IMG/VR virus record: IMGVR_UViG_3300035494_000066
DNA: 64,000 nt
Reading direction: 5' to 3' (one strand)
DNA from: a virus
Taxonomy: Duplodnaviria > Heunggongvirae > Uroviricota > Caudoviricetes
Each line of letters starts with the position of its first letter. Position 1 is the stretch's first letter. The position numbers and the translations under genes were made by a program. Below, one piece after another: positions 15,377 through 25,603 of the stretch. The notes beneath the pieces were generated by a model that worked only from the letters and a program-made list of their open reading frames with translations, had not been told where the DNA came from and ran no database searches.

Positions 15377-16381
15377 TTATAGCTCTCGGTTGTTTATGTA
15401 TTTAGTAAAATCTCCATAAACAGTAATCACGTATCGCGGCTCGTTGCTATAGTTACACGCTGCATGTGCAAATTGATGAGTGTTCACTAGCATGGGATGC
15501 GTGAGGTTCGAAACACCACCGTGCATGAACTTCAATGGCGCTCCTGGGCTCGGAACCTTAACTGGAATATACATTTTTGGACTAACCGGAGCTTCACATC
15601 CGTCTATATGAATTTCAACAAATCCACCTGGCTCAAGTTTGTTGATATAAAGGCCGTACAGCTCAGTTATACCTAAGCTCAAAAGCCAATTGGTAACATA
15701 CGGTAGCTCGTCACGGTGTTCGTTGACACTATAAACATTAGACCAGTCGGTGTTACCTGGGCCTTTGTTGTGGTCGCGGAGAACTGACCATCCTTTGTGT
15801 CGGCTGTAATGTGTAGCACTGCTAGACTGCGAAAGTAACTCGAGCACTTCGGTTGCAGCAATATCTTGATTAAATTCTTCGTTAACAACATAGTACGGCG
15901 CAGTATCTGACCCTTTTTTATAGTAAAACGGACCGTACGGATGCTCGAAAAAACTGCGCACAGAAGTTGACTCAACTACCTCCGGAACAGAAGTTCCGCT
16001 GTCGCACATTACGTAGTACTCGTCAAACAAGTCAGTGCCGTACTTACCGTCTGGGAGTACAGTTTTGTAATGGGCTCGCATAACACCTAGATTGCTATGG
16101 ACCATTAACTTAAAATGTCCTGTTTTTTGATCAACATACGTTGCAGGACAGGTTATTACGCCGGTTTGAGATTCCTCAAACCACCCGGTGTAAAGGATCT
16201 CACTAATCGATTGCCCGTTAATTAGGATATCGTCGATTTTAATAAGATCACCTTCGGGTTTAACCAAAAGCATTTGCCAGCCATTGTGCATAAGAGCTTC
16301 GTGACGGCCAGTGATTACATTGCCTGATTGTAATAAAGAAAAAGCACTAGGTGTGCCTAGTACTTTTATTGTTGAACTCAT
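15377..16381 (-). CDS. hypothetical protein (334 aa); C-terminal HxD...H pattern (EIHID ... THQFAH) could indicate a second cupin/oxygenase fold
   Basis: Long ORF tightly packed between the oxygenase-like gene and folE. Only weak motif evidence. Confidence 0.45.
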   Translation of the reverse strand: MSSTIKVLGTPSAFSLLQSGNVITGRHEALMHNGWQMLLVKPEGDLIKIDDILINGQSISEILYTGWFEESQTGVITCPATYVDQKTGHFKLMVHSNLGVMRAHYKTVLPDGKYGTDLFDEYYVMCDSGTSVPEVVESTSVRSFFEHPYGPFYYKKGSDTAPYYVVNEEFNQDIAATEVLELLSQSSSATHYSRHKGWSVLRDHNKGPGNTDWSNVYSVNEHRDELPYVTNWLLSLGITELYGLYINKLEPGGFVEIHIDGCEAPVSPKMYIPVKVPSPGAPLKFMHGGVSNLTHPMLVNTHQFAHAACNYSNEPRYVITVYGDFTKYINNREL

Positions 16382-16382
16382 G

Positions 16383-17054
16383 TTAACCTCGCGCTAGTGA
16401 CATAAACTCTGCCCTGGTAGTAGGATCTTCTTTAAAAGCACCGCCTAGCTTGCTTGTTACAGTGCTAGACCCAGTATCTTCTACACCACGCGCTGCTACA
16501 CAATAGTGTTTTGCGTCAATGACTACTGCTACATCTTCTGTTTCGAGAATGTAGCACAAGGCGTGAAAGACTTGCTCAGTAAGCCGTTCCTGGATCTGCG
16601 GCCGTTTCGAGAAGTACTCGACTACCCTGTTAATTTTTGACAATCCTAGGACTTTTTCGTTAGGGATATAGCCAACAGTTGCAAAACCGTCAATGACAAC
16701 AAAGTGGTGTTCGCAGTTGCTCTTGACATTCACATTACGTTCTACAACCATTTCGTTGTAACCCATTTTGTTTTCGACTGTTGTACACTTAGGAAACGCA
16801 TCTGGATCTAAGCCCCAAAACACTTCGCCTACGTACATTTTTGCGACCCGCTTCGGCGTTTCGGCTAAGCTATCGTCACTTAGGTCTAGACCTAAGGTTT
16901 CCATGATGTCTTTAAACTTTGTTTCAATAATATCGATTTTTGCAGTGCGGGAAAGATCTGTTTCAATTGTAGGAGTCGATACGCCTACGCTTGCAAGATG
17001 TTCGTGAACCATACGACCTAATTCAGGGTCGCATTTTGTTTTGTTAAAACTCAA
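16383..17054 (-). CDS. folE: GTP cyclohydrolase I (FolE), TTG start
   Basis: Conserved FolE core NCEHHFVVIDG and overall FolE-like sequence, 223 aa. A TTGACA-17-TATAAT promoter lies at about 17130-17180. Confidence 0.8.
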   Translation of the reverse strand: MSFNKTKCDPELGRMVHEHLASVGVSTPTIETDLSRTAKIDIIETKFKDIMETLGLDLSDDSLAETPKRVAKMYVGEVFWGLDPDAFPKCTTVENKMGYNEMVVERNVNVKSNCEHHFVVIDGFATVGYIPNEKVLGLSKINRVVEYFSKRPQIQERLTEQVFHALCYILETEDVAVVIDAKHYCVAARGVEDTGSSTVTSKLGGAFKEDPTTRAEFMSLARG

Positions 17055-17173
17055 TTGTATTTCTCCTTTAGATAGCGTCTAACGTTAACGCTCAACGGAC
17101 TAGTGTATAGTCGAATGTCACCGTTGTGTGACAGAGTATTTATTTTAAATTATACAGTTAAGACGTATTCTTG

Positions 17174-17590
17174 TCAACTATATCTTCCTTTTCCAGGGAT
17201 AACATTCCTTACACCTCCGGTTGGATCTTCAGTGTCATTGTTACGTCTGAATATCAAATGTACATGCGGGTACATAACAGTTTGTCCGGCGCTTTTGCCG
17301 ACATTGATCCCGATGTTGTATCCGGTGATATCAGTTGCCTCGCTTGACACATTTTGGTTTCCTAGCTCGAGTGCTGCCCGGGTACAGCTAGCAATGCATT
17401 CTGCAGAGTTTGTTTTTGGAACAAATAACATATGTCCCGGAGTAACCGGGTACTTGTCATTAAATGCAACATAATCTTTAGTTACGAACGCCACATCGTC
17501 CCATGGTGCCGTACCAGCTTGCTGTGCCCGCTGTAAGTCGTTAGTCAAGGTAGTACACTCCGTTATTCCAGTTGCTAGGCAATCCGGCAT
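17174..17590 (-). CDS. HIT-family (histidine triad) nucleotide hydrolase/transferase
   Basis: HVHLI histidine-triad motif near the C-terminus. 138 aa. Confidence 0.6.
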   Translation of the reverse strand: MPDCLATGITECTTLTNDLQRAQQAGTAPWDDVAFVTKDYVAFNDKYPVTPGHMLFVPKTNSAECIASCTRAALELGNQNVSSEATDITGYNIGINVGKSAGQTVMYPHVHLIFRRNNDTEDPTGGVRNVIPGKGRYS

Positions 17591-17966
17591 CTAAATACTC
17601 GTTAATGCGATCTGCTAAGACAGTATAAAACGAATCTAGCTCGCCTCCTAGCGATCCTACTAACATTGAAATCTTGTTTAGTGCAGCGTCTAGCTGTCCG
17701 GCTCTGTATTCGTCGATCATGGACTCGTGTAGTAGTTTAATGGCTCTCAGACTAGGCAAATCATCTAGCGACAGCTTTCCTGCGTCGATAAGAGCATACG
17801 ACTGTGTAGTAGACTGCGCCTGGTCAGAGCTGCTGCCAAAAACATCAAGTCGGAACAGCGTATGTCGATCTTTGATATCGTTCGTTAAGTTGTTTTCTAA
17901 AATTATATCCATAACTCGCCTTATTGTGTTATATACCAACCGTACTCTTTTATATCGTGTCTCCAT
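17541..17966 (-). CDS. hypothetical protein (141 aa)
   Basis: Minus-strand ORF overlapping its neighbours within the operon. Confidence 0.4.
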   Translation of the reverse strand: METRYKRVRLVYNTIRRVMDIILENNLTNDIKDRHTLFRLDVFGSSSDQAQSTTQSYALIDAGKLSLDDLPSLRAIKLLHESMIDEYRAGQLDAALNKISMLVGSLGGELDSFYTVLADRINEYLDAGLPSNWNNGVYYLD

Positions 17967-18370
17967 CGATAAAACGGTTTCGGAATATGTAACGTTAGTG
18001 TGCCGTTAAATCCTAAGTATGGCATCGGAGGTAGTTCACCGAATTCAGTATGGTACTTTCCGAATCGAAAAATATTCTCTGCCACATTAACATCGTCTAT
18101 GTATAACTCGTCGATTATAACAGCAGTTTCTTTCTCTACATAGTGCTTATTCTGCATGGATACTGTGATTGTAACGTCGTCTAACAACGGTATAGACGTG
18201 TTAACGTGTACATCATTGTACAAGTCGCAATCTAATAGAGTAATGCCGTTTACTGTCACAGTAACGCCAGGGAAGCCGGCGTCGACTATAGGACGTAACT
18301 TAGCTCTTACTTGAAGACGTAGGTCGCTGGTATCCGTGCCGGATAAAAAGTTCTGTATACACTGGGACAT
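17921..18370 (-). CDS. hypothetical protein (149 aa; true start may be internal)
   Basis: Overlaps the rSAM gene by about 70 nt. Confidence 0.4.
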   Translation of the reverse strand: MSQCIQNFLSGTDTSDLRLQVRAKLRPIVDAGFPGVTVTVNGITLLDCDLYNDVHVNTSIPLLDDVTITVSMQNKHYVEKETAVIIDELYIDDVNVAENIFRFGKYHTEFGELPPMPYLGFNGTLTLHIPKPFYRWRHDIKEYGWYITQ

Positions 18371-19610
18371 AATCTAATATTGAATTTTTCCTTACTGCTT
18401 CTATCTTAGTTATAAACGATATCAAGTCAGCAAACCTATAAGTGTCACTAGGCGCCGAGTTAAGATAGTTGATATAACTTGTCACATCATGATACAAACT
18501 TGATTCTACTACAGACGGCGCTCGGGCATTAGGATTAGAAGCACTCCTTGACACCTGTTCGGAGAATGTAGAGTCTCGCCAATTGGTAAGATCCTCGACA
18601 ATCGTTGCTCGAACACTGTCGGGCAAGACAGTTGGCCGCATGTACTCTGGAAATTCCAAGAAATTACAACTCTCTACGCTCATACTGTTTGCAAGTGCGT
18701 ACTCGTATATAGGGATTAGCTTGTGTACAGTAAAGATGGTAGGTGTTGTTCGGAGTTGGATTAACCATTTAACTCCGTCGTTAAGACTTGCCCAGCGATC
18801 TAGCTCAGCTTTTGCATCAGCAATGTTAGATCCGTATCGCACATAGTCATTGACTTCGTCTAGTGACTCAATACTTAGTCCGACATGCACTTGCCTAAAC
18901 TCGTGTAACAAGTGAACGATACTATCGTCCCAGCTGGATAAGTTTGTAGTAAACCCGATTATAACTTTGTTTGCTACACCAGCTGCTACAATTTCATTAA
19001 TTAAACGCTTAAATGCTGGGATAATTAACGTTTCACCGCCGATGAAATGCAAGTATGCCGGCTGATTCAGCTTAACTAGATCATTAACAAATTTGTCAAC
19101 TAGGTCTGGATCATCAGTCCAGTTTTTGTGAGAGTGCGAATCGATTATTTTTGCTTTTATCAAATCGTGCGCTAGTCGGCTACTCGATTCTGGTTTGCAA
19201 AATATACATGCATTATTGCAGTAATTTCCTAGATCTATTTGCCAGTCGACCGGAAATATCTGAGCAGTAGAATCCGTTAGCCTGTCTTTCCATTCTGAGC
19301 TTAGTAGAGATTTTTCAAACGCAGTTATGTCGATACCGGTCTTAATTAGCTGCTGTGCTCTACCACTGGTTTTTCCATACTTGTCCATGTTGTAACACGG
19401 AGTACAATTATGCACAACTTCGCCGTTGACATGTTGTTGCCTAACAGCTTGCATCACATTATTAAAGTATTCCAAAGGAGACATATCGGATATGTGGGGC
19501 ATTGTAGATGGGCGATACGCCCATCTACAATAGTTGTAGTGCCCCGACGCAGTTATCCGGAAATGAAACCAAGGGCTCGAGCAAAATGTTGTTTTGAGGT
19601 CAGACATCAA
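18300..19610 (-). CDS. radical SAM enzyme, SPASM/twitch-type, with N-terminal Cys-rich domain (436 aa)
   Basis: CNNACIFC (CxxxCxxC), [14 protein letters not shown] and ESLDEV blocks parallel the 4734-6197 protein. N-terminal CTPCY...GRAQQ motif. Confidence 0.75.
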   Translation of the reverse strand: MMSDLKTTFCSSPWFHFRITASGHYNYCRWAYRPSTMPHISDMSPLEYFNNVMQAVRQQHVNGEVVHNCTPCYNMDKYGKTSGRAQQLIKTGIDITAFEKSLLSSEWKDRLTDSTAQIFPVDWQIDLGNYCNNACIFCKPESSSRLAHDLIKAKIIDSHSHKNWTDDPDLVDKFVNDLVKLNQPAYLHFIGGETLIIPAFKRLINEIVAAGVANKVIIGFTTNLSSWDDSIVHLLHEFRQVHVGLSIESLDEVNDYVRYGSNIADAKAELDRWASLNDGVKWLIQLRTTPTIFTVHKLIPIYEYALANSMSVESCNFLEFPEYMRPTVLPDSVRATIVEDLTNWRDSTFSEQVSRSASNPNARAPSVVESSLYHDVTSYINYLNSAPSDTYRFADLISFITKIEAVRKNSILDYVPVYTELFIRHGYQRPTSSSKS

Positions 19611-20227
19611 TTTCTTTTAGTAACTACTTCGTCGGCAAAACCGTTTGCAACTGCTTCACTGGCCGACAAAAACGTATCGAATTTCATTGTTTCGAACAGT
19701 TCGTCGTATGTCTTGCCAGCAGTGTTGTGATGCTCGTACAGTTGTGTTAGCCGTTCGTTTAGGCGCTTCGATTCTTGCAAGTGTCGTGCTGCATCTTCGA
19801 ATTCAAGTTCCTGGACGTGCACAGATCCGGTAGTACCTCGCGTTCCTGAGCTTACTCGGTGGATCATTGTGCGAGACTCTGGTAGTACAAACCGCTTGCC
19901 AGGAGCGCCAGCTTGAGCTAGGAAACTACCCATTGAAGCTGCTTGGCCTAGGACAATAGTCGATACATCAGGGCGAATAAATTGCATAGTGTCGTAAATT
20001 GCCAAGCCTGCAGTTACTGAGCCACCAGGAGAATTGATGTACATAATAATGTCTTCAGTTGGCGATTCTGCTTCTAGGAATAACAGCTGTGACACAACTA
20101 AGTTAGCCATACTGTCAGTGACCGGGCCGTTGAGCATCACAATGCGGTCTTTCATGAGTCGACTGTAAAGGTCGTAACTACGCTCGCCCTGTGATGTTTG
20201 TTCGACTACGATGGGTACTAGGTTCAT
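19607..20227 (-). CDS. clpP: ATP-dependent Clp protease proteolytic subunit ClpP homologue
   Basis: ClpP family. [10 protein letters not shown] active-site Ser, conserved His/Asp context. 206 aa. Stop overlaps the rSAM start. Confidence 0.8.
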   Translation of the reverse strand: MNLVPIVVEQTSQGERSYDLYSRLMKDRIVMLNGPVTDSMANLVVSQLLFLEAESPTEDIIMYINSPGGSVTAGLAIYDTMQFIRPDVSTIVLGQAASMGSFLAQAGAPGKRFVLPESRTMIHRVSSGTRGTTGSVHVQELEFEDAARHLQESKRLNERLTQLYEHHNTAGKTYDELFETMKFDTFLSASEAVANGFADEVVTKRN

Positions 20228-20840
20228 TGATTTTTCCTTAATTAACGTTAACGTGAAACTTCTTATCGATAAAGTGGCTGTATGCTGATTTTACTGTATC
20301 TTCGCTTACCCCGGGTACGTTTCTTATTACAAATCTCAATGCATGTTCCTTATCCATGTACATTACACTTGCTTCTTGCAGTGCGTATTCGATGTTTGAG
20401 CTATTACTAAGATCTGTCATTTGTTGTACTCCTACTGCTATGTCTAGTTAGTATAGCAAGAGTAGCAATTTTTGCAACCAGTTATTTTCTATAAAGTTTT
20501 ACAGCTTCTTCAACAAGAGACATTGATGTGTGCTTCGCATCGTTTAGCGCAGCATACACTTCGCGAAGTGTAGTAGCGCCTGCTAGATTAGCTGCAGTTG
20601 CAGTGTATGCGCACATACAGAAGAACGAGTACTGCAGACATGCATTAACTATAGAAGCGCTTACAGAAGCATTTAGACGTCTTGCTGCGGATCGATGTGT
20701 AGTTGGTACTGTTAGTTTAATACTCATGTTCTAGGATAATATCAAAAGTAGACAACAAGTGTTCGGGTGTAGAAATGCGTAGGTACTCGATAGCACGCCA
20801 CGTGACTACAATCACATGCTGTCTAACTCGGATTAGTGCT

Positions 20841-22166
20841 CTAAATTTTTTCACCCGGAGCAAAGCCCCTGAACGTTTTAAATCTCGGGAATCTTAGCGA
20901 GTACGTACCGTCTTGGTTTTGCGTTATCGCATCTGCACGTATCTCTACTAGATTGTTAACACACAACTCTCTAAAATCCCAGTATTGCTGCCGTTCTCGG
21001 TCACTAAAGCCGCTGCCGCAGTTAACTTCGATATAACAACCATCGTCTGTTCCTTTGCACACAAATGCACCTAGACGACCTTCGTTGCGACCGGTCCCTT
21101 CTTCAACAGCAACTACAGTTAGCGTAACTTCGATGAACGGTTTAATCTTAAGCCAACTAGCAGTACGTTTACATTCATACGGCGCAAGAGGGTCTTTAAG
21201 CATAATACCTTCGTATCCGCCGTCGATTGCACGTTTATTGATTTCGTTGAGCTCAGTCTTGCCAGCCGGGGTATCTAGGTTAATATCGGCATACTCAAGC
21301 AACTCTACATTTTCTAATTTTGTAAACACGTTCTCTGTGTTATAAAATTTGTGTAACTGCTTGAGTCGATCGAGCTGAGAAGTAGAGCACTGACCGTTCA
21401 TAAAGTCTGCAAGTGGAATCATGTCAAACAAGAATAGCACAGCATCCTCTGCAGCTACGTCTTTTTTGCGCCGTACTTGTTTCATTAGGTCTTGAAAACT
21501 GCTAGACATAATCTCGCCATCGAACACGTACGGCTCGGACAGCATAGCTGCAATATTACTAAACTGTTCTTCGATGTGGGTAAAGTTAGAAAATTGTTTT
21601 CCGTTGCGACTAAACATAGTTACGCCGCCGGATGGATAAACGATCGTTATAGTGCGAACTCCGTCTAGTTTAGTTTCGACTAGTTTCCGGCCTGCGATCT
21701 TTTTTTCATGCTTTGCACCGTCGTGTGCTAGTTGGCAACTAAACACCGGAACTTGGTACTTAGGCAGTTTCTTTGCCTTTGCAACTTTGTTAACAGTTTT
21801 TTCAGAGACACCGCACCGCAAGTCTTTAATTAAAATCCGACGATACCAGTTGTTCCACTGGTCTGCTGTAGCAACATCCATTGCAAGGTTAATTGCATCT
21901 CTTGCTGCATGCCCAGTTAGTTCCCTGCGTTGCAACTTCTCAGCTAAATCGAGAAAAACGTCCCATGGTAATCCTTGACTAGGCGTGTCTTCTTTTGACG
22001 GAACTTGCTTGACGCCGAATGTGCATAATGTGTCAAGGCACATTCTAACACCTAGGAAAAACTCATCTAAGACTTCGTCCATCGCATCGGCTAAAATTTG
22101 TTCTTTTGCTAACCTCGAATTATCTGCTTCGAGTTTTTTGATAATATCTTGTGGTTGTGTTCTCAT
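20841..22166 (-). CDS. ATP-dependent DNA ligase
   Basis: Motif I KLDGVR (KxDG), EGIMLK motif, 441 aa with an OB-fold region. Confidence 0.8.
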   Translation of the reverse strand: MRTQPQDIIKKLEADNSRLAKEQILADAMDEVLDEFFLGVRMCLDTLCTFGVKQVPSKEDTPSQGLPWDVFLDLAEKLQRRELTGHAARDAINLAMDVATADQWNNWYRRILIKDLRCGVSEKTVNKVAKAKKLPKYQVPVFSCQLAHDGAKHEKKIAGRKLVETKLDGVRTITIVYPSGGVTMFSRNGKQFSNFTHIEEQFSNIAAMLSEPYVFDGEIMSSSFQDLMKQVRRKKDVAAEDAVLFLFDMIPLADFMNGQCSTSQLDRLKQLHKFYNTENVFTKLENVELLEYADINLDTPAGKTELNEINKRAIDGGYEGIMLKDPLAPYECKRTASWLKIKPFIEVTLTVVAVEEGTGRNEGRLGAFVCKGTDDGCYIEVNCGSGFSDRERQQYWDFRELCVNNLVEIRADAITQNQDGTYSLRFPRFKTFRGFAPGEKI

Positions 22167-22168
22167 CG

Positions 22169-22438
22169 TTAGCTCAGGTTAAGGTGAAATTGCATCGACC
22201 ACATGCAATTTCCTGCGTGGATTCGTTGATTAAGAGCATCTGGAACATAATGGCCCCATTGGGCGAAGAACTCATCCTTGCCCCATGTTCTTGCTCCGAT
22301 CGAAAAGTACTCTCCGAACTTAGCACGAAATTTATCGAGTGCTTCTTGGTCGGATTGTGCAGTTGTGATTAATAAAGACAGGGTACGGCCTTCGCCGGTT
22401 GCAAAGTGGTCGGCGCCGACGTAATAGATCTGAGACAT
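22169..22438 (-). CDS. hypothetical protein (89 aa)
   Basis: Minus-strand ORF abutting the ligase gene. Confidence 0.4.
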   Translation of the reverse strand: MSQIYYVGADHFATGEGRTLSLLITTAQSDQEALDKFRAKFGEYFSIGARTWGKDEFFAQWGHYVPDALNQRIHAGNCMWSMQFHLNLS

Positions 22439-22439
22439 T

Positions 22440-22658
22440 TTAATACACCGCGGTCAAGTTAGGTGTCTGAATTATTTTTTGTAGGCACTTGTGGTATACT
22501 GTGGTTAAGCCTTCTGAGATTGAATACTCTTTAATACCACTTAGCGACTCGATTCGTTTAGCTTCGTAGCCAACACGAACTTGCGAGTCAGTGTCAATCG
22601 AGTAAGAGTTAGTGAACCCAGACACCCATGTTAATTTGATTGTATATGTTTTATTCAT
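22440..22658 (-). CDS. hypothetical protein (72 aa)
   Basis: Minus-strand ORF. Confidence 0.35.
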   Translation of the reverse strand: MNKTYTIKLTWVSGFTNSYSIDTDSQVRVGYEAKRIESLSGIKEYSISEGLTTVYHKCLQKIIQTPNLTAVY

Positions 22659-22870
22659 TAATTGTTGATTTATCTTTTATCAGCTGATCAAGTACTTTAG
22701 TAATATGATCAATCTCGTTGCTAGTTACAGCAGACGCTGGTAGCTTGCCTTCGAGGACTAGCATAAGGATTTTGATTCGCTCTTGCGACATAGATATTTA
22801 ATCTCTATTAATTAAGTTGATCGGTAATTTTCTTAAGATTTTGGCCAGGCTTGTTTAGCGCACCTGATCC

Positions 22871-23125
22871 CTAACAACAGTTGCACACATCGCATCTAGG
22901 ATCTGCAGGCGCTGGGTCGATAGTAACTTCTTGCCAAGTTGCTGCTGTCGGGTATAGTTTAGTACCAGACCCGCGACATGATGTGCAAATAGTATCGTTG
23001 TCAGGATCTAATCCTCTCCACTCTAAGAATCGCATAAACTCTTTGCTTATGTATTCCTCGAGGTTCTTCGTGTGTTGTTGGAGACGTTCTAATTCAGTCT
23101 CGTCGGATGGGTATATGTTATTCAT
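22871..23125 (-). CDS. small zinc-finger protein (CxxCxGxG DnaJ-type motif)
   Basis: CTSCRGSG plus a C-terminal CDVCNCC. Confidence 0.4.
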   Translation of the reverse strand: MNNIYPSDETELERLQQHTKNLEEYISKEFMRFLEWRGLDPDNDTICTSCRGSGTKLYPTAATWQEVTIDPAPADPRCDVCNCC

Positions 23126-23409
23126 TGTTAGTACCTTGCCTTGTACATAAAGATAACCTAAGGCTACTACATCTAAGTGTCAAGGACTATCGTTTTAGCG
23201 GCGCACCGAATATGTTAGAGTCAACATCGAGCGCGTTCTTTACAGTACCGTCTGGGTTCTTAAGCTGAGGAGCTTCAGGAACACCTAGGTCTGTTTTCTT
23301 TTTTAGCTTTCGTTTTGCTGCACTAGGATTGTTAAGAGTTGCAATGTTTGCAGCACTTGTACTCCCGGGCGTAGCATCTTCTAATATAATCTCGTCTATA
23401 CGCATACAA

Positions 23410-23955
23410 CTATTTATATACAGATGCTTCAATTGGCATCCCTGGTGTAGCAAAGTCTTTAATAAATGCTACTGTTTCATATGAGTATATGCTAATAATG
23501 TAGTCATCTAGCCCAATGTTCCTGTCGCCTAGTGCGTTAATTTTATCGTTTAGTGCAGCACTAATGTGGTTGTATGAATTAACACACTCCTCGTGGTCAG
23601 TAATGATGCCAATATCTACACCCAAACAGTCACATGCGGCCCGCTGACCGTGTTTCTGGGTTAGCTCGCAAAACTTGCTAAATTTAGTTGTTGTGGCAGG
23701 AAAGATGCCAAACTTTTTCGTTTTAATGTTAGTGTATTTGAGTGCGCAGATTAGATCTAATTTCTGCCTACATGTTTCGGCTCGATACAGGTCGTAGTTT
23801 TTTAGTGCACTGTTAATTGCTGATACTAGAATATTCATACGCCAACCTCTTAAAAAAGCCCTACAGTCTGTAGGGCAGTATAGGAGCAATAAACTATGTC
23901 TATTGTTGTTTTGACTGACTATGTGCGCTTGATGAAAAGGTTTGAAACTGTTCAA
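23410..23955 (-). CDS. hypothetical protein (181 aa)
   Basis: Minus-strand ORF upstream of the kinase gene. Confidence 0.45.
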   Translation of the reverse strand: MNSFKPFHQAHIVSQNNNRHSLLLLYCPTDCRAFLRGWRMNILVSAINSALKNYDLYRAETCRQKLDLICALKYTNIKTKKFGIFPATTTKFSKFCELTQKHGQRAACDCLGVDIGIITDHEECVNSYNHISAALNDKINALGDRNIGLDDYIISIYSYETVAFIKDFATPGMPIEASVYK

Positions 23956-24105
23956 AAAACTCGGTCATAGTCTTCGGCCATGCAGACATCGACTCGGCTG
24001 TTAGGGCATCGACGTACTGCTTGGCTGCTTCTTTAAAGAATTGTTCTACAGTAGATGTACCAACAAGTTCTTTAAATTCTTCGGGCGTTAGTTCGAATGT
24101 AAATT

Positions 24106-24501
24106 TCAAAGTTCAATCTCCTGCCATCGGGCTTTCACTTGGGCTACTTTTTCTTCCGGTACTCCGTGTACATTTTGAAACTGCCCTTTGCACTCGATCA
24201 GTTGAATGTAAGCATTATATTCGTTTGCAAGAGCTACGTACGGTTTAACTTCTTTTCGAGTAGTAAATGTATTGCTCACAATCACATCGCGGCCTGCTTT
24301 GAGTTCGAGCTCAACTTGCTGCTGGCACCATGAGTGCGCTGACCGGAGTTTACTAGGATCAAATTCGTACGCAGCTGTTTCGGGGTTTACAAAGTACATA
24401 TCAGCTTCGTAGTACCGAATAGCGCTTGCATTTGCAAGAGCCTTAGCAATAGTGCTTTTGCCTGAACCCGGTACGCCGCGTACGATAGTAAGTGTTGCCA
24501 T
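24106..24501 (-). CDS. P-loop polynucleotide kinase domain protein (T4 Pnk kinase-domain-like, no phosphatase domain)
   Basis: GVPGSGKST Walker A. VIVSNTFTTRKEV...ANEYNAYIQLIE aligns with the T4 Pnk N-terminal domain. Confidence 0.6.
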   Translation of the reverse strand: MATLTIVRGVPGSGKSTIAKALANASAIRYYEADMYFVNPETAAYEFDPSKLRSAHSWCQQQVELELKAGRDVIVSNTFTTRKEVKPYVALANEYNAYIQLIECKGQFQNVHGVPEEKVAQVKARWQEIEL

Positions 24502-24531
24502 GTATTACATTCCTTTGGTATAGTTGTGTCT

Positions 24532-25092
24532 TTATTGTGTAATTATACTATCTGCGCGAATATAGTCAACTAGTTTGTCATTGATCTTGTAATAGTCGAC
24601 TTCTGCCTGTTTGCATTCGTCGTTGGCTTTGATTGTATTATGTATTGTGCGCTCAAACATTCTAAGTTTTGCAATGGTACGCACACTAGGCCGCCCGGAA
24701 GGTTTAACATACACAGACAGCCCAGGCGCGCTGGTGCGCATAGATGTAATGCTATGCGGGAGCTTCGTTAACGGATTGTCCTGTGCACAGTTGTTGACAA
24801 AAAACAGTAGGCCTTTGCGCGACACACATGTGGTCCCGTATGCATACGGATAGTTAGATATCCACGTTGTTGCGATCACGTCTTCGCCGGAGATAAAATC
24901 TATTTCGTGCCGGCTAACCGAAATGTTGTCAATTGCTTGCTTGCCTGGCATTGTTTTCATGCTGTGTGTTACCATATAGTCGACTACTGCGTCTACATAC
25001 GGGCAATACTTGTTTTGCATAAAACCTGTCAGGTAAGTTTGTGCAATGTTCAGGTACATTAACAGATATCTAATTTTTTCTCGCACAGACAT
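24532..25092 (-). CDS. hypothetical protein (186 aa)
   Basis: Minus-strand ORF. Confidence 0.45.
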   Translation of the reverse strand: MSVREKIRYLLMYLNIAQTYLTGFMQNKYCPYVDAVVDYMVTHSMKTMPGKQAIDNISVSRHEIDFISGEDVIATTWISNYPYAYGTTCVSRKGLLFFVNNCAQDNPLTKLPHSITSMRTSAPGLSVYVKPSGRPSVRTIAKLRMFERTIHNTIKANDECKQAEVDYYKINDKLVDYIRADSIITQ

Positions 25093-25264
25093 ATAACTTA
25101 CCTTGTAATTTGTGTAGAGTTAAGGACTATCTGCCGGCAGCAACCTAGCCTAGGTGCACACCTGTTGCAAACAGTGCAATAAAAAATATTAGAGCCGGAA
25201 GAAACCGTTTCATTGATGTTACCTTTAGACAGTTAGTATAGTATAATAAGTGGCTTTTTGTAAA

Positions 25265-25591
25265 TCAAAACCGGCGCTTTTTTAAATCGTGCGACCTTTC
25301 TAATGTAACGTCGTTGTCTTCGGAATAATTGTCGCTTAGTTCTCTAAAAGTTAATTCTTTATCTGACAACCAAATTTCTTTACGGGACCCAAATGTGTAT
25401 TCTAGATAGATAAAGCCAGGTCCTGCTCTATGCTGTTGCTTAGCGCTAGAGACATCCTTGAAGCCGCCGTGTTTAATTTCGATGTACTTTTTCTTGCCTA
25501 AGAACAAGTTTCTGTTAACAGCTAGTGCTTCGGCTCGTTCTGCAATACGATCAGTTATAGACTTTTCGCCTTTGTTTCGATGCTGTTTCAT
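25265..25591 (-). CDS. hypothetical protein (108 aa)
   Basis: Minus-strand ORF. Confidence 0.4.
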   Translation of the reverse strand: MKQHRNKGEKSITDRIAERAEALAVNRNLFLGKKKYIEIKHGGFKDVSSAKQQHRAGPGFIYLEYTFGSRKEIWLSDKELTFRELSDNYSEDNDVTLERSHDLKKRRF

Positions 25592-25603
25592 TATTAGTAT
25601 TAC

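Noticed and set aside
18300-19610. Radical-SAM enzyme as QueE (7-carboxy-7-deazaguanine synthase) partnering FolE
   Set aside because: At 436 aa it is far larger than QueE. It has an extra N-terminal Cys domain and SPASM-like C-terminal cysteines. No QueD or QueC candidates are present. It is kept only as an open possibility under the operon finding.
19607-20227. ClpP homologue as a capsid-maturation (prohead) protease
   Set aside because: No portal, scaffold or major-capsid genes are adjacent. Instead it heads an operon of metabolic enzymes. It is therefore treated as a stand-alone ClpP-type peptidase of unknown role.
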